Assembly: GCA_964016885.1 (NCBI GenBank)
Contig: CAXHJY010001490.1
Span: 7,647 to 71,646, forward strand
Length of the DNA: 64,000 bases
Direction: 5' to 3'
Source: Eledone cirrhosa
Lineage: Eukaryota
In this document: one piece after another, positions 25,135 through 38,536 of the stretch
How the letters are laid out: each line of letters starts with the position of its first letter
How positions within the stretch are numbered: the first letter of the stretch is position 1
Made by a program: the position numbers and the translations under genes
Notes under the pieces: model-generated
Database searches by the model: none
Told to the model about the DNA's origin: nothing
What the model saw: the letters and a program-made list of their open reading frames with translations, nothing else

Positions 25135-26350
25135 GAGTGGCAACCATCAATGTAGGGACACAAAGGTAGGTTGTGTGAGATTGTGGAGGTGCTCAAGCAT
25201 AAGAAAATTGATGTGTGTTGTATAGAAGAAACCAGGTGGAGAGGAGAATCTTCCAGACTCCTAGTCGGCAGAAAACAATGCTTCAAATTCTTTGGGAAAG
25301 GTAGCAACAGTAGGCTTGGAGGCGTAGGTATTATGCTAGCAAATAAATGGTTGGACAAGGTAATCGCAGTATATAAAATAAATGACGGAATCATTATACT
25401 TAGGCTCATCCTAAATAGAACAATGGTATCAATCATGTCTGACTATGTACCCCAATCTGGTCTGACAGACTAACAAAAGGACCTGTTTGACAAGTCCCTA
25501 ATAAGTGTAATCTCCCAAACCTGTAACACCGACTTCATTATTGCAGACGACTTCAACAGACATGTGGGGAGACTAAGAGATGGATTCCATGGGGTTCATG
25601 GAGTTTCAGGTTTGGCACAAGAAATGAAGAAGGACTGAGACTCCTGGAATTCAGTGACACCAATGAACTGACTATCTACAAAACAAAATTCAAGAACCCA
25701 GCAAATCAACTGATCACCTATAGTTCAGGTGAGCACACCAGCCAAATTGACTATATCCTCACCAGAAGACAGAGCAATGGTCATAAACACAAAAAGCATC
25801 CCGGATGAGGAATTCACCTCCCAACAGAACATGGTAGTACAGTAGCCAGAGTAAGATCAGGCTGGAGAGATTTCAGAGAGCTACTACCACTATGAAGGGC
25901 AGATTGCATGATGCATGTATACGATCATGTATACGACCAGCAATGTTACATGGTACTGAGACCTGGGCACTGTGTGCAGAGGACCTGCAAAGACTGGAAA
26001 AAAATGAAGCACGCATGCTCCGATGTATGTGTAATAGTAATATACATGAACAGCAAAGTGTAAATGAACTAAGAGAGAAACTAGGTATAAGAAGGATCAG
26101 ATGCAGTATGCTAGAGAGGAGATTGTGTTGGTATGGTCATGTGATGCGTATGGAGGGTGACAGTGGTATAAAAAGGTGCAGGGCAATCAAAATTGATGGA
26201 AGCCTTTGAGTAGGAAGACTTGGGATGAGGTGATAAAAGCTGACCATGCACAACTGAACCTCTCAAAGACAATGACACAGGATCAAGATCTTTGGCGTTA
26301 CGCAGTAATACAGAAGACACGCCTTCCCATGCACACAGAGTCAAACATAT
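25135..26350 (+). mobile_element. RTE LINE with internal deletion of the RT domain
   Basis: APE motifs (DVCCIEETRWRG, DFNRHVG, SQIDYIL) are joined near 25835 directly to the post-RT region (ARVRSGWRDFRELLPL, HGTETW). Confidence 0.9.
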
Positions 26351-26431
26351 ACCTAGTAGACACCTCTTAACCACTATACCCCCACCCACTCACTTCTGTC
26401 CACACCACCCTTATACTGTGAACAAAACATA

Positions 26432-26930
26432 TCCAGTACACACTGTAAAGAGGTTGTGTAGGAGTCACGGCTAAAAGCACCCAGTACACACTGTAAAGTG
26501 GTTGTGTAGAAGTCACGACTAAAAGCACCCAGTACACTCTGTAAAGTGGTTGTGTAGAAGTCACGGCTAAAAGCACCCAGTACACACTGTAAAGTGGTTG
26601 TGTAGGAGTCATGGCTAAAAGCACCCAGTACACACTGTAAAGTGGTTGTGTAGGAGTCACGGCTAAAAGCACCCAGTACACTCTGTAAAGTGGTTGTGTA
26701 GAAGTCACGGCTAAAAGCACCCAGTACACACTGTAAAGTGGTTGTGTAGGAGCCACAGCTAAAAGCACCCAGCACACACTGTAAAGTGGTTGTGTAGGAA
26801 TCACAGCTAAAAGCACCCAGCACACACTGTAAAGTGGTTGTGTAGGAATCACAGCTAAAAGCACCCAGCACACACTGTAAAGTGGTTGTGTAGGAATCAC
26901 AGCTAAAAGCACCCAGCACACACTGTAAAT
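26432..26930. repeat. 48-bp tandem array within an RTE 3'UTR (ctaaaagcacccagtacacactgtaaagtggttgtgtaggagtcacgg)
   Basis: About 10 copies; runs on into the normal tail ttggcattaggaagagcatccag...atggacgttaaat(gat)n at ~27085. Confidence 0.95.
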
Positions 26931-27599
26931 GTGGTTGGCATTAGGAAGAGCATCCAGCCCTAAAAACCTAGCCAGAAACAGTTCTGTATGAGTAAAACAT
27001 TGTCCTCTGACCTAACATACCTCAAATGGGACAACCCATCTAATATATGCTAGCATGGAAAATGGACGTTAAATGATGATGATGATATATATATGTATAT
27101 ATCATCATCATCATTGTTTAATGTCCATCTTCCATGCTAGCATGGGTTGGATATACACAACCCAGGCTACATTATAATTACAGTAACATAATTTGTATGG
27201 TTGTATTTTTATGTAATATTAATAATTACTAAAACCTTCTAATTAAGATAGGTTTAATGTTAAGTTATAAGATTATAAACGTTCTTTTTTTTATAACATG
27301 TTGTCCATCTGGCTTCGATTTAATATGTAACTGGTTGAAATAATAAATGTTGAGATTGTTACATTGAGGTTCCAGTGGCAACAGAAGTAGCTATATCCTC
27401 TCTAAACACCTTATCTTTAAAGCTTCATATTAAAGTTGTTGTTGTTGGAGTGGTTGTTCTTGTCGTTGTTGTTGTTGTTGTTGGAGTTGTTTTTAATAAC
27501 AGACTGTTTTAATATATGGAAATTCTGGCTGAGAAACATTCTCAGTGCTGCTAGGCTTAACACACCACTAATTAAAGTTTTACATGTCTGCAGTTATAA

Positions 27600-28290
<691 letters not shown>

Positions 28291-28447
28291 TGGTAGCACT
28301 AGTGCCACAACAAAAAACACCCAGTTCACTCTGCAATGTAGCAGTCTTCTTTCCTATATATATATAGGATTGTGTGTGTCGCAGCAGAAGTAGCAGTGGC
28401 AGCGGCAGTAGTAGTAGTAGTAGTAGTAGTAATAGTAGTAGTGGTAA

Positions 28448-28492
<45 letters not shown>

Positions 28493-28689
28493 CAGTAACA
28501 GTAATAGTAAAAGTAGTAGCAGCAGCAGCAGTAGTAGTAGTAGCACCTGTAGTAGTAACAGTAGTAGTAATAGTAGTAGCAGCAGTAGTAGCAGCAGAAG
28601 CAGTAGCAAGAGTAGCAGCAGTAGTATTTCTCTGCTACGTGTGAGGAGCTGAAATATTTGAATCCTATTTTAGAGACTTTCTAAAATCT

Positions 28690-29220
28690 ATCTATGATTT
28701 GATGAGATGTTGATGGCTTCCATGTTTGAAAAACAAGTCCCCTTAATGAACCACTTGAACTTGAAGAAAAGGAAAAAGTCTATTTTGGTTTCAAGACACT
28801 CAAGGGCATCCTCACACACCTGCAAGTATTGCTCCTTCTGGTCACCATACAGCAGCTTCGGTACCATTATAGGTACCTGTTGTGGTTCGTGCCCAGCTCA
28901 CTTGTGGTCAGTCAAACCATCAGCCGACAATTGCCTTGCCTCAGTGTTAGCCTCAGTTCTGCTTGTTGAAGATTTTCCACATCCTCGCATCCCTCTTTGA
29001 ACCTTTTGTGCCTCTCAAAAACCCTTGAGCAAGATGCGTCTCCTCTCAATACACTTGCTGATGGAGTTTGCCCCAGCCAGACCAGAAAATTCAGGAGGAG
29101 CTGTTAACAAAAGCACGTGAAAAAACATACAATGGCTGCAGAGAACTGAGATTGTAATTGAATACTGCCTGGATAGTATGTCACATGGTGACACAACCCA
29201 CTAATCCCTAATTCACTCAT
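28690..29220 (-). mobile_element. Mariner transposase remnant (internally deleted)
   Basis: Minus strand reads RVFERHKRFKEGCEDVE, TSRTEAN, ELG, MVPKLLYGDQKEQYLQVCEDALE (WVPK-like motif), then FKWFIKGTCFSNMEAI. Confidence 0.75.
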
Positions 29221-29631
29221 AGATTACACAGCACAGTAAGCCCTGTTACTTTTCTGATACATCTTACACACCTTTTACTCCCTTACCCTAAAATTTACTA
29301 CACATACACACACCCACACATACATAAATAATACACATATTCACATTAAACTCTAACATCTTCATTCATTCAAATAAAATCTATGTCCTCACTATGCATA
29401 CACGCTTACACTCACGCACACACATATTTTCCCTTTTCACATGCCTTTCGCTACATAAACTTACAATCTCGCACACACATACATACATATATCAAACACA
29501 TATTCTCACACATATTTCACTATGTGCACGCGCAAAACTCTAAATTTGAATGTCTTTTCCTTACATTTAAATTAAATCTGCCAAACAACAACTCTTCTTC
29601 AACTTCTCTCTAAATACCCATACACGGATCC

Positions 29632-29671
29632 TCTCTTGAGAATGGGTTTTTAAGCCCGAAAATATTTGAGA
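29632..29671 (+). ncRNA. Minimal type I hammerhead ribozyme motif (U3-A8 variant), Penelope-like
   Basis: UCUC UUGAGAA U GGGUU-loop-AGCCC GAAA AUAU UU GAGA, followed by AATAAA at 29674. Confidence 0.55.
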
Positions 29672-30004
29672 TCAATAAATTTGCAATAGTAAAATTCTAT
29701 CGTCCTCACTTTTCCCCCAGTCTTTATCCTCTATAACTCCTATTACCTCGGCACTTTTAATCTTACACGCATTGTTGGGCTTCCAAATATTTAAACTTAT
29801 ATAAATATATTCCCATTAAGCTCAATTTAACTGAACTGATCAGATAAAGTGGTATACCATCCCACCACCACTACTGGTTTGCAAAAGAGGCAGATGGAAA
29901 GTGAGAAGAGGTTGTTTGCTACAGGGATATATATTGTATCACTCCAGATGCCATGTAGTAAGACTGCATCTGGAGTGACATTATAAAGTCCTGCTGTGTG
30001 ATAT

Positions 30005-30720
30005 ATAATGTCACAATGCCATCCAATGCACCGCCTTGCAAGTTTTCATGCAGCCTCACAACCGCCACAGCAGTGCCTGGCTCCATGCCTTACCCTCCTT
30101 CTCCACTGGTACACAGATGGACAATGATAGCCTGTTCATTGGGGTTTCCCTGAGGTTTGGCCTCCAGATCTACGAGCCACACAAATGTCGCTGCAGATCC
30201 ACTGTGGACACTTTCGGCCTCCACCCACTTTCCTGACACTACAGTGCTGGCTGCCCTCAACGAGGTCATAAAGTATGGCTTCGATGCTGCAGGCTTCCCT
30301 TCCCAGCTCAAACTAGTGAGGCTGGACCGAGGAGATGGCAATACGGCAAATAGTATGACCATCTTCCCGTTCCGTGGTGGTAAACCCCTCATCTGGGATG
30401 CCACTTGCAGCGACACATTCTCCAGCTGCAACCTGGTGGAGTCTGTGACTAACCAAGGTTCTGCTGCACTTTGGGCTGAGGAGGGTAAACTCTCCAAGTA
30501 TCAGTCACTCTCCAACAGGTTTGCAGTCAAGCCCCTAGCAGTGGAGACTTCCGGTGTCTTTGGCCCCAGGGGTACCTCACTACTTACCACCATAGGTGCT
30601 GAGCTGGTTAGCCGTAGCTGTGAGCCTCACGAGATGGAATGGCGCATCTAGCACATCTCCCTTACTATTCTTTGGGGAAAGGCCTTCTCCCTTCTGTCCG
30701 CCAGGGCTGTGGGGGCAGCC
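30005..30720 (+). mobile_element. CRE-clade non-LTR retrotransposon C-terminus (zinc knuckle and restriction-like endonuclease)
   Basis: SAWLHALPS...SLRFG...HKCRC...HPLS; ALNEVIK; RGDG..(PDG-like) TIFPFRGGKPLIWDATCSDT; AEEGKLSKY; PLAVETSGVFGP. Confidence 0.85.
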
Positions 30721-31714
30721 AGCACGTGGGACCCTATTTGCTCATAATACAGAGAGATGGGGAGGGTAAGAGAGATGGAGGTGATGACAGGGGGAGTTCG
30801 GCTCTTCTGTGTGCAGACCTGGTGTGCAGCATCAGGTGTCTATAATGATGTAAAAGCGGCATCATTTTCCTCGTCTTTTCGTTGTTTGGTTTCTGTGATC
30901 AGCCGATATCTGTGCCGCCAATTCAATAGGTCCACCTGTCGTACTGTAGTTATTATCTCTCTAAAACCCTATTCCTAAAATAGAGAGATAACTATGTTGG
31001 TCATAACATACTGTATCACAACACTATGTATAGTCAGTGACAGGGCCTCTGTGATTGGTGAGGGGAGGGGAGAGAAGGTTAACATCCATAACCCCCTTCT
31101 TATGGCCCCTGACAGGGGTAAGGGCAAAAAAAGAGATGACTAGCATCCATAACTTTTCCCAAGGCTTTTGAGATTGGTGAAGGGGCAAGAATAGCACCCA
31201 GAACACTTTTTTAAGGCTCAGAATGGGGTAAGGGTCAGGGAGGAAGGTATCCTAAAAATGTAGACATTACTCTAGTGGAGTTTGTTAGATACCAACAGGC
31301 CAAGTGGTGGTGTTCAATTAGGAAACAGATTTTAATTACAATATTACTAATTATATTTCAATTAAATCATGAAGAACTTTCAACGGATTTATTAAAATTA
31401 TTTATTATTTCATTACTAAGATAGTAACTTCACTGTTATCCAGGGTATCAAAAGTGTCTGCCACCCAAGTAGACCACAATAGATTTTCAACACAGAAAAC
31501 CAGAAATCATCACATCTGATGCTCTAACAATTCTACTGACAAACATATATTTTAATTATATATATATAAAACGAAGGAAGTGTGGTAAGGAACCAGGTGG
31601 ACCATAACGCACCAGAGTACTCAATACTTTGGCTAGTAGAGTGGGTAATAGGAAAAGAGTCAGAACTCCGACGGCAGAGCTCAAGCCGTTTCGACAGCTA
31701 TTTCTGGACTCCAG

Positions 31715-31778
<64 letters not shown>

Positions 31779-32017
31779 GTACCTAATTATGTATGGTTAA
31801 CTATTTGTCTAGTCAATTTCTACAGGCTATCAGAAATACTGGATAAATTTTCTGTAGCTATGAGTCGCAGATAAAAAGCTATATCATTTACCTATTATTT
31901 CTTCTTCAAAGTATATTTTAAACTTTTAGCCTCGTTTAAATGACGTTTTGTGTGGTTGATTTATGCTGATTGGGAGAAGAAATACTGTATATATTTTATC
32001 TAATGATTCTATGGACT

Positions 32018-32049
<32 letters not shown>

Positions 32050-32169
32050 TTACAACTTGTGTGCATATGTGTGCATAGATTGAATATATATATATATATA
32101 TATATTTACAACTTGTGTGCATATGTGTGCATAGATTGAATGTATATAATAGTCGATGGACAAGATCCC

Positions 32170-32366
32170 AGGCCTCATTCACTTAACAGACCAAGGAAAC
32201 AATGTTTCCATTAGTCTTTCCAATTGCTAATACTATCTACCGATCACAAATCCAGGCAGAAGAAACAACATGAAATAAAGTGTCTTGTTCAAAGACATAA
32301 CGCATTGCCTGATCTAGGAATTGAACTCACTTGCGAATCCAATTCTCTAACCACGTGCCTTCACTT
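32170..32366 (-). mobile_element. tRNA-derived SINE
   Basis: Homologous to 23450-23666. Confidence 0.8.
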
Positions 32367-32384
32367 GAATGTATGTATATGTGT

Positions 32385-32439
<55 letters not shown>

Positions 32440-32874
32440 TATCATACACACATGAATGAAACAGTTCTAGTCCTGAAGTAGCCCTTTCTATATTAAATAT
32501 GTTCACACTCTACTAATGTATTGAGTACCTTATTAACTGTGTTTACTCTGGATTTAACACAGGATCTGCATACTATCGAAGATATTTATTGATTAATATC
32601 TATTGATCAGGTCCAGGTGCGTCTTTAATCTGTCTGTATTTTTCATTGTTGTAGTATTAAGGTGGCAACATGTCTCTGGTCACATTATTCATTGTGTCAC
32701 TATTACCTAACTCATTGTGATTACTCTGAGGAGTAATTTATTGATTACTTAATTTCTTAATTACTATCATTGAGTGCTTCGTGACAGTCTTTGAAATTCA
32801 ATCAGATGCGAATCTGCTACTTACAGCTGCAACTTCGTTTATACTCATTACTATTATATTATATTAATTATAGT

Positions 32875-33225
32875 ATATAAATTCTATAAAATGTACACAA
32901 TGCAGATCTTGGGTACACAAGAGGTGTAGTGGGATAGCAGGCAAACTAACAGGTAGGGAAAACTACATAGACAGTAGATGTACAGGGAAATTTGACAGTA
33001 GAAGTGTCAGTGATAGGTACATTTTTCAAATGCAGGTAGGTTCTATAGAAGTGGTTGATAGCTTCCGCTACCTTGGTGATCAGATTAGCATGGGAGGGGG
33101 GTTCCAAGGTCATAGTATCTAGAATAAGGACGGGTGGAAGAAGTTTAGAGAGCTGCTTCCTCTGTTGACAAAGAAAGGTTTCTCCCTGCGTACGAAAGGC
33201 CGGTTATATGATGCCTGTGTGAGGT
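32875..33225 (+). mobile_element. RTE LINE internal fragment
   Basis: [19 protein letters not shown]...VDSFRYLGDQIS...KGRLYDACV; close to 53365-53712. Confidence 0.9.
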
Positions 33226-33374
33226 CTAAAGATATTAACTGCAGCTTTTATTTTTCAATTTCCTGTTGTTAAAGGCATGTTAGGTGCCGGTTATCGATCT
33301 CTCTCTCTCTCTCTCTCTCTCTTTCTTATTCTGTCTCTTTAGATAGATACATAGCTATAACTTCGCACCCTTAT

Positions 33375-34545
33375 AATATCTGTCTGTATGTCTGGTTGTC
33401 TGCATTACGACATTATGACAAAAATTGTTCTCGTTGCTGACATATTTTCTTCGCTAATTTCCGTTCATTGCCAGGGAACATTTTCACGAACCAAAGTATC
33501 ATCTTCCTGTTTTCCTTTGGTTGCAACGTTTTTCGAAATATTTACTTCTGCGTTCACAGATTGATTTTTTTAGTTTCAGAAGATCCCTTTAAGGGTGAAA
33601 GCAGTGATTCTTAAATTTTAATCTGTTGTTTTAATATATAAATATATAATTATATATTCATGTACAGATATTTTTGCATACACAAAACAAAATATAAACA
33701 AACGTATTTATTTCATGAAAGCACAGACGGCTTATCGTCATTGTTACTGCCGATAAGCCACCCCAAAACCACCTACTTTTGGCACAAGGCCAGCAATTAC
33801 ATAGTCAAATGTTTGGAAATCACATGCATCACTGACGAGTTTATTCCTTACTCTACCAGTTAGTCTTAGTGTACTTCGTCCTGCTTTTAGGCCATGCCTC
33901 GAAGGAAGAGATACTCCATTGGCCGAAATACTGCGAAAACGGCAAGAAAAAGAACAAGGCGGGCAAACGAATCGTCAGTGGAATCTGCTATTCGACGGTC
34001 ACAAGATGCTGAACGTACTGCCACCAAAAGAGCACTTGAAACAGACAACCAACGAACCATTCGCCGAACCGTGTCGGCTTTGCAATGTCTATCAACAAAT
34101 CCCAGGGTCAGACCCTAGCTGTTGCTGGTCTTCTTTTGGAAGAAATCATGTTTTTCACACGGGCAACTATACATTGACTGCTCAAGAGTGGGAAGCAAGA
34201 CAAATCTCTTTGCATATGCCCGACACAAGGAACATTGTGTACAAAGAGGTGCTACAATCATTGTTTATGTAGACGAGGCAGAAGGGGATATACACAATTG
34301 GCTGAAGAAGGATGAGACTGTGTTAGTAGTACAACCAACGGCTGCAAAAACAACAACAAAAATGAGAGGGAACGCAATTACATGCTTTTGAAAAATCTTA
34401 ATGGAAAATTATTTGCCTAAGCACAAAATGTAGACACCATCCCCAGGCCGAAGTATTCCGTACTTCTCTGTACTGTTTCAGAAAGGAGGGATAAACATGC
34501 CAATCTATGTTTAGAAGCCTGAACAACGCCGGTCCATTCTGCTAG
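33375..34545 (+). mobile_element. Internally deleted non-autonomous Helitron
   Basis: N-terminal MPRRKRYSIGR...RRANES is joined to the Pif1 helicase C-terminus CFSHGQLYIDCSRVGS...TRNIVYKEVL. The 3' end is gcctgaacaacgccggtccattctgCTAG|T. The 5' boundary is approximate. Confidence 0.8.
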
Positions 34546-34644
34546 TATATATATATACGTATAGATATATATATGCATGTATGTATATATATACATGTAT
34601 ATATATATATACGTATACATATATATATATACGTATATATACAT

Positions 34645-36080
34645 ATTGTTTTCAGCAATCCTGATAAGGCTGATCTGGGCTGTGTCAGTGATGTTAATCC
34701 CCAACACGCTATATCAGACATAAAGTTTGGCACCCCTGATGTCTTAGCGGCAATAAACGAAATTAAACACAATTCAGCAGTTGGCCCCGACAAGTTCCCT
34801 GCTTGTGTCCTGAAGGTGTGTCGACACCAACTTACATCTCCTCTTGCTAATCTGTGGAGGAACTCACTGGACACTGGCTATATTCCTGAAAACTTTCTCT
34901 CCCAGTCTGTTATCCCAGTCTTCAAAAAGGGAAATAAGTCCCTTGCAGTGAACTACCGTCCGATCTCACTCACCTCTCATATCATCAAGGTACTTGAGAG
35001 GGTGGTGTGATCACGAATAACCCACTTTCTCGAAAGCAACACACTGCTGAACTCCAACCAACATGGGTTCCATAATAGAAGGGACTGCCTAACGCAGCTC
35101 CTGCATCACTTTAACAATGTTTTGAGAGCCTTGGGAGAGGGCTCCAAGACTGATGTCATCTACCTTGATTTCAGCAAGGCCTTTGATGGGGTTGATCATA
35201 AAATTCTACTGAAAAAATATTAGATATAATATTGGTGTCTCTGGAAAGTTACTACAGTGGATCAAATGTTTCCTGACAGGCAGAACACAACATGTTGTAG
35301 TCGAAGGAGTAAAATCAAGCCCTGCCAAAGTCAGTAGTGGCGTCCCACAAGGTACTGTGTTGGGCACACTTCTTTTTATCATCTACATTAATGACATTAC
35401 TGACATTATCAAGCACAACATAAGAATCTTTGCAGATGATTCCAAGCTCCAAAGGACCATCAATGAGGTGGGTGACCGGACTTGCCTTCAGTCAAACCTA
35501 CTGGCTGTTATCCAATGAGCAGAAAAGAATAATATGCTGTTGAATGAGGATAAGTTTGCGTTAATTCACTTTCGAAAAAAGGATGCCCTGAAACTCCCAT
35601 ACTCTCTTCCTTCGAGTGAAACTCCCGTGGCATCCAACAACACCAGAGACCTGGGAGTAATTGTGGACAACAACATAAGCTGGGCCACTCATATAAACAG
35701 GAAAGTTGACATGGCCCGCAGAATGTGTTCCTGGATTTTCAGAACCTTCTAGTCGAGAGATATCCACACTGTTATTCTTCTCTTCTCCACGTTTGCCCGA
35801 CCCCACTTTAAATACTGTTGTCCACTATTGTCTCTCTACACAAAACAAAGTATCATGAAAGTTGAAGCACCTCAAAGGTCAATTACAAAAAAGATAGATG
35901 GCATGACAGACCTTTACTATTGGAGTCAATTAGAAAAGCTCAACCTTTATTCTCTCCAACGTCACCGTGAGCGCTACATTATCTGTATGATGTGGAAAAT
36001 ATTCCATCAGCATTGCCCAAATGATGTTGGCATCACCTTTAAGGTACACCTAAGGCTTGGGCCCTGTGCTATCCGCCTGT
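34645..36080 (+). mobile_element. CR1/L2-group LINE reverse transcriptase fragment
   Basis: GPDKFP, PVFKKG, NYRPISLTS, QHGF, YLDFSKAFD, SGVPQGTVLG, FADDSK, RDLGV, EKLNLYSLQRHRER; several stops. Confidence 0.92.
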
Positions 36081-37014
36081 CTGTTTTCTAAAATTGTAGG
36101 GACGTCATCTGAATGAGATTTGGCTGCTATTTCTAGTAGGTTGAAAAACCATGTAGAGGCTACCTTGTATGATGGTATGTAATGGTATGTAACGGTGGTG
36201 TATGAGGGTGTGTGGAGTGTAAGTTATCATGAGGGCATGTGGGTGGGTATAATGGCATGTGGTGGTGTGGGTGACAAGGGTGGTATGTAGGTGTGGGGGT
36301 GGGAAGGGTGGTATGTAAGTGTGGGGGTGAGAAGGGGGGTATGTAGGTGTGGGCTGGGAAGGGTGGTAGGTATGTATGGGGGTGGGAAGGGTGGTATGGG
36401 GGGGGGGATAAGAGAAATGGGGTAGAATTAAGAATCTAATATATGCCAGGAATTAAGAAATTTTATTTTCCAAAAAGAAACCTTGAGTCATGTGACCACT
36501 GGTTGGATTTCTAGACATGTTATATGTATGTGTGTGTATGTTACCATCTACACATATGTGTGTGTGTGTTAACATTTACACGTGTGTGTGTGTTACCATC
36601 TACAAGTGTGTGTATGTTAACATTCACATGTGTGTGTATGTATATGTACATATGTTGTAGGTATATGTACATATGTAGTGTGTATGTATATGTACATATG
36701 TTGTGTGTATGTATATGTACATATGTGTGTATGTATATATGTTGTGTGTATGTATATGTATGTTACAGTATGATTGAACTATTTTAAAGAAATCTTTAAT
36801 TTGTTTAAGAATTTTATTTCTCGCTCTAGCACAGCTGATACATAAAAGTATGCATACATACACACATTGGCAGAGAGATATACAGCCCTGATGAAGGGTA
36901 ACGACCCAGAAACATAATGATTGTTCCTCAAAGCCAGTGTTGAACAAACAGGTACAACACAGCTTCTAATTGGGCTCGGTTGTTTACAAACAAATCGAAT
37001 ATAATTATTAATGT

Positions 37015-37112
37015 TCAAGGTTGACTTTGCCTTTCATCCTTACGGGGTCGATAAAATAAAGTACCAGTAATGTACTGGGTAATTGCTGGCCTTGTGCCTA
37101 AAGTAGAAACAA
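37015..37112 (+). mobile_element. Meta-type SINE 3' half
   Basis: gttgactttgcctttcatccttacggggtcgataaaataaagtaccagt. Confidence 0.75.
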
Positions 37113-37125
37113 TTATTAATGTTCA

Positions 37126-37438
37126 ACTGGTGGGAGAGATGTCTTGAGGGGTGAAGACTTTAGTGTGGACTGGTGGGAGAGCTGTCTTAAGGGAAGGAAG
37201 ACTTTAGTGTGGACTGGTGGGAGAGATATCTTGAGGGAGGGAAGACTTTAGTGTGGACTGGTGGGAGAGATGTCTTGAGGGAGGGAAGACTTTAGTGTGG
37301 ACTGGTGGGAGAGATGTCTTGAGGGAGGGAAGACTTTAGTGTGGACTGGTGGGAGAGATGTCTTGAGGGAGGGAAGACTAGTGTGGACTGGTGGGAGAGA
37401 TGTCTTGAGGGAGGGAAGACTTTAGTGTGGACTGGTGG
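37126..37438. repeat. 44-bp minisatellite (actttagtgtggactggtgggagagatgtcttgagggagggaag)
   Basis: About 7 tandem copies. Confidence 0.95.
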
Positions 37439-37689
37439 GTGTAGTGCTGTAATGTGGGTCTAAGATGTTTGTATGTACTTAACGGCAACACTGTCTGAGA
37501 TGTTGGAACATTACTCCATTGGGGGTCTCTCATCAGCTTTATTCATAGTTAATAATTGGAGGGGCTGAAGTAAATTCTGGTTCTGAAGAGGTGGATAATT
37601 CATTGTGATGCTGTGGCTACATGTATATATATATATATATATGTGTGTGTATATATATATATATCTGTGTATATATGTGTGTATGTCAG

Positions 37690-38138
37690 CATTCTTCTAG
37701 GAGAAGGCAACTCAGGAAACTGGGATAACTCCAATATAAAACCTGCAGCTCAGTGGTCACTGATGATGTTCATCTTTTCTTCTTTTCGGGTTACAGCTAG
37801 TGTCGCTTAGAGAGTGGGATTGGCTCTGTGCACAGAGATCAGTGCCTCCATTGAATTGAAGTGCCCTGAGTGCGGAAAGATGGAAAGATTTGCTTGAGCA
37901 AATCTGGTCTCAGGAGCCACAGTCGCAGCCATGTTCAAAGAGAACCAGTGAACTATGATCTCCACGGTGTTGTGAGGGTTCACGGGCAACCTGATGCGGG
38001 ACCTCAAGCCAGGGAGATCCATAGTTGTCATCAGTGTGCGAAGGAGTACTTTAGCAGGCTTGAAAAGCCATATCTGAGCGTCACAATTTGAATCTGACAA
38101 GCGATTGCAATACTCTTGGCAGAGTTTGCAGCCATCAT
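37690..38138 (+). mobile_element. RTE-derived non-autonomous element with C2H2-like 3' remnant
   Basis: ctaggagaaggcaactc 5'UTR block; KCPECGK..CLSKSGLRSHSRSH; ends gcagccatc followed by (TG)n. Confidence 0.6.
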
Positions 38139-38325
38139 GTATGGATGTGTGTGTATATGTGTACACACATGTATATATACACACACATACACACATGTGT
38201 ATATACGTGTGTGTATATATGTGCGTGTATATATGTGTGTATATATGTGTGTATGTGTATATGTGTGTATATGTGTGTGTATGTATGTATGTGTGTGTGT
38301 ATGTATGTGTGTGTGTATGTATGTA

Positions 38326-38357
<32 letters not shown>

Positions 38358-38536
38358 TATGTATGTGTTTGTGTGTGTATGTATGTGTGTGTGTGAGTAT
38401 GTGTGTGTGTGTGAGTATGTGTGTGTGTGAATATGTGTGTATGTATGTGTATGTGTGTATGTATGTATGTGTGTATGTGTGTATGCATTATGTGTGTGTA
38501 TGTATGTATGTATGTATATATGTATCTGTGTGTATA

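Noticed and set aside
26432-26930. CRISPR-like appearance of the 31-48-bp arrays
   Set aside because: Units are head-to-tail with no unique spacers, there are no cas genes, and the context is eukaryotic.
31699-31717. Palindrome atttctgga-c-tccagaaat next to a GAAA-UAGCUG-UC segment on the minus strand
   Set aside because: No CUGANGA or UUGANAA half is present, so a hammerhead cannot be supported.
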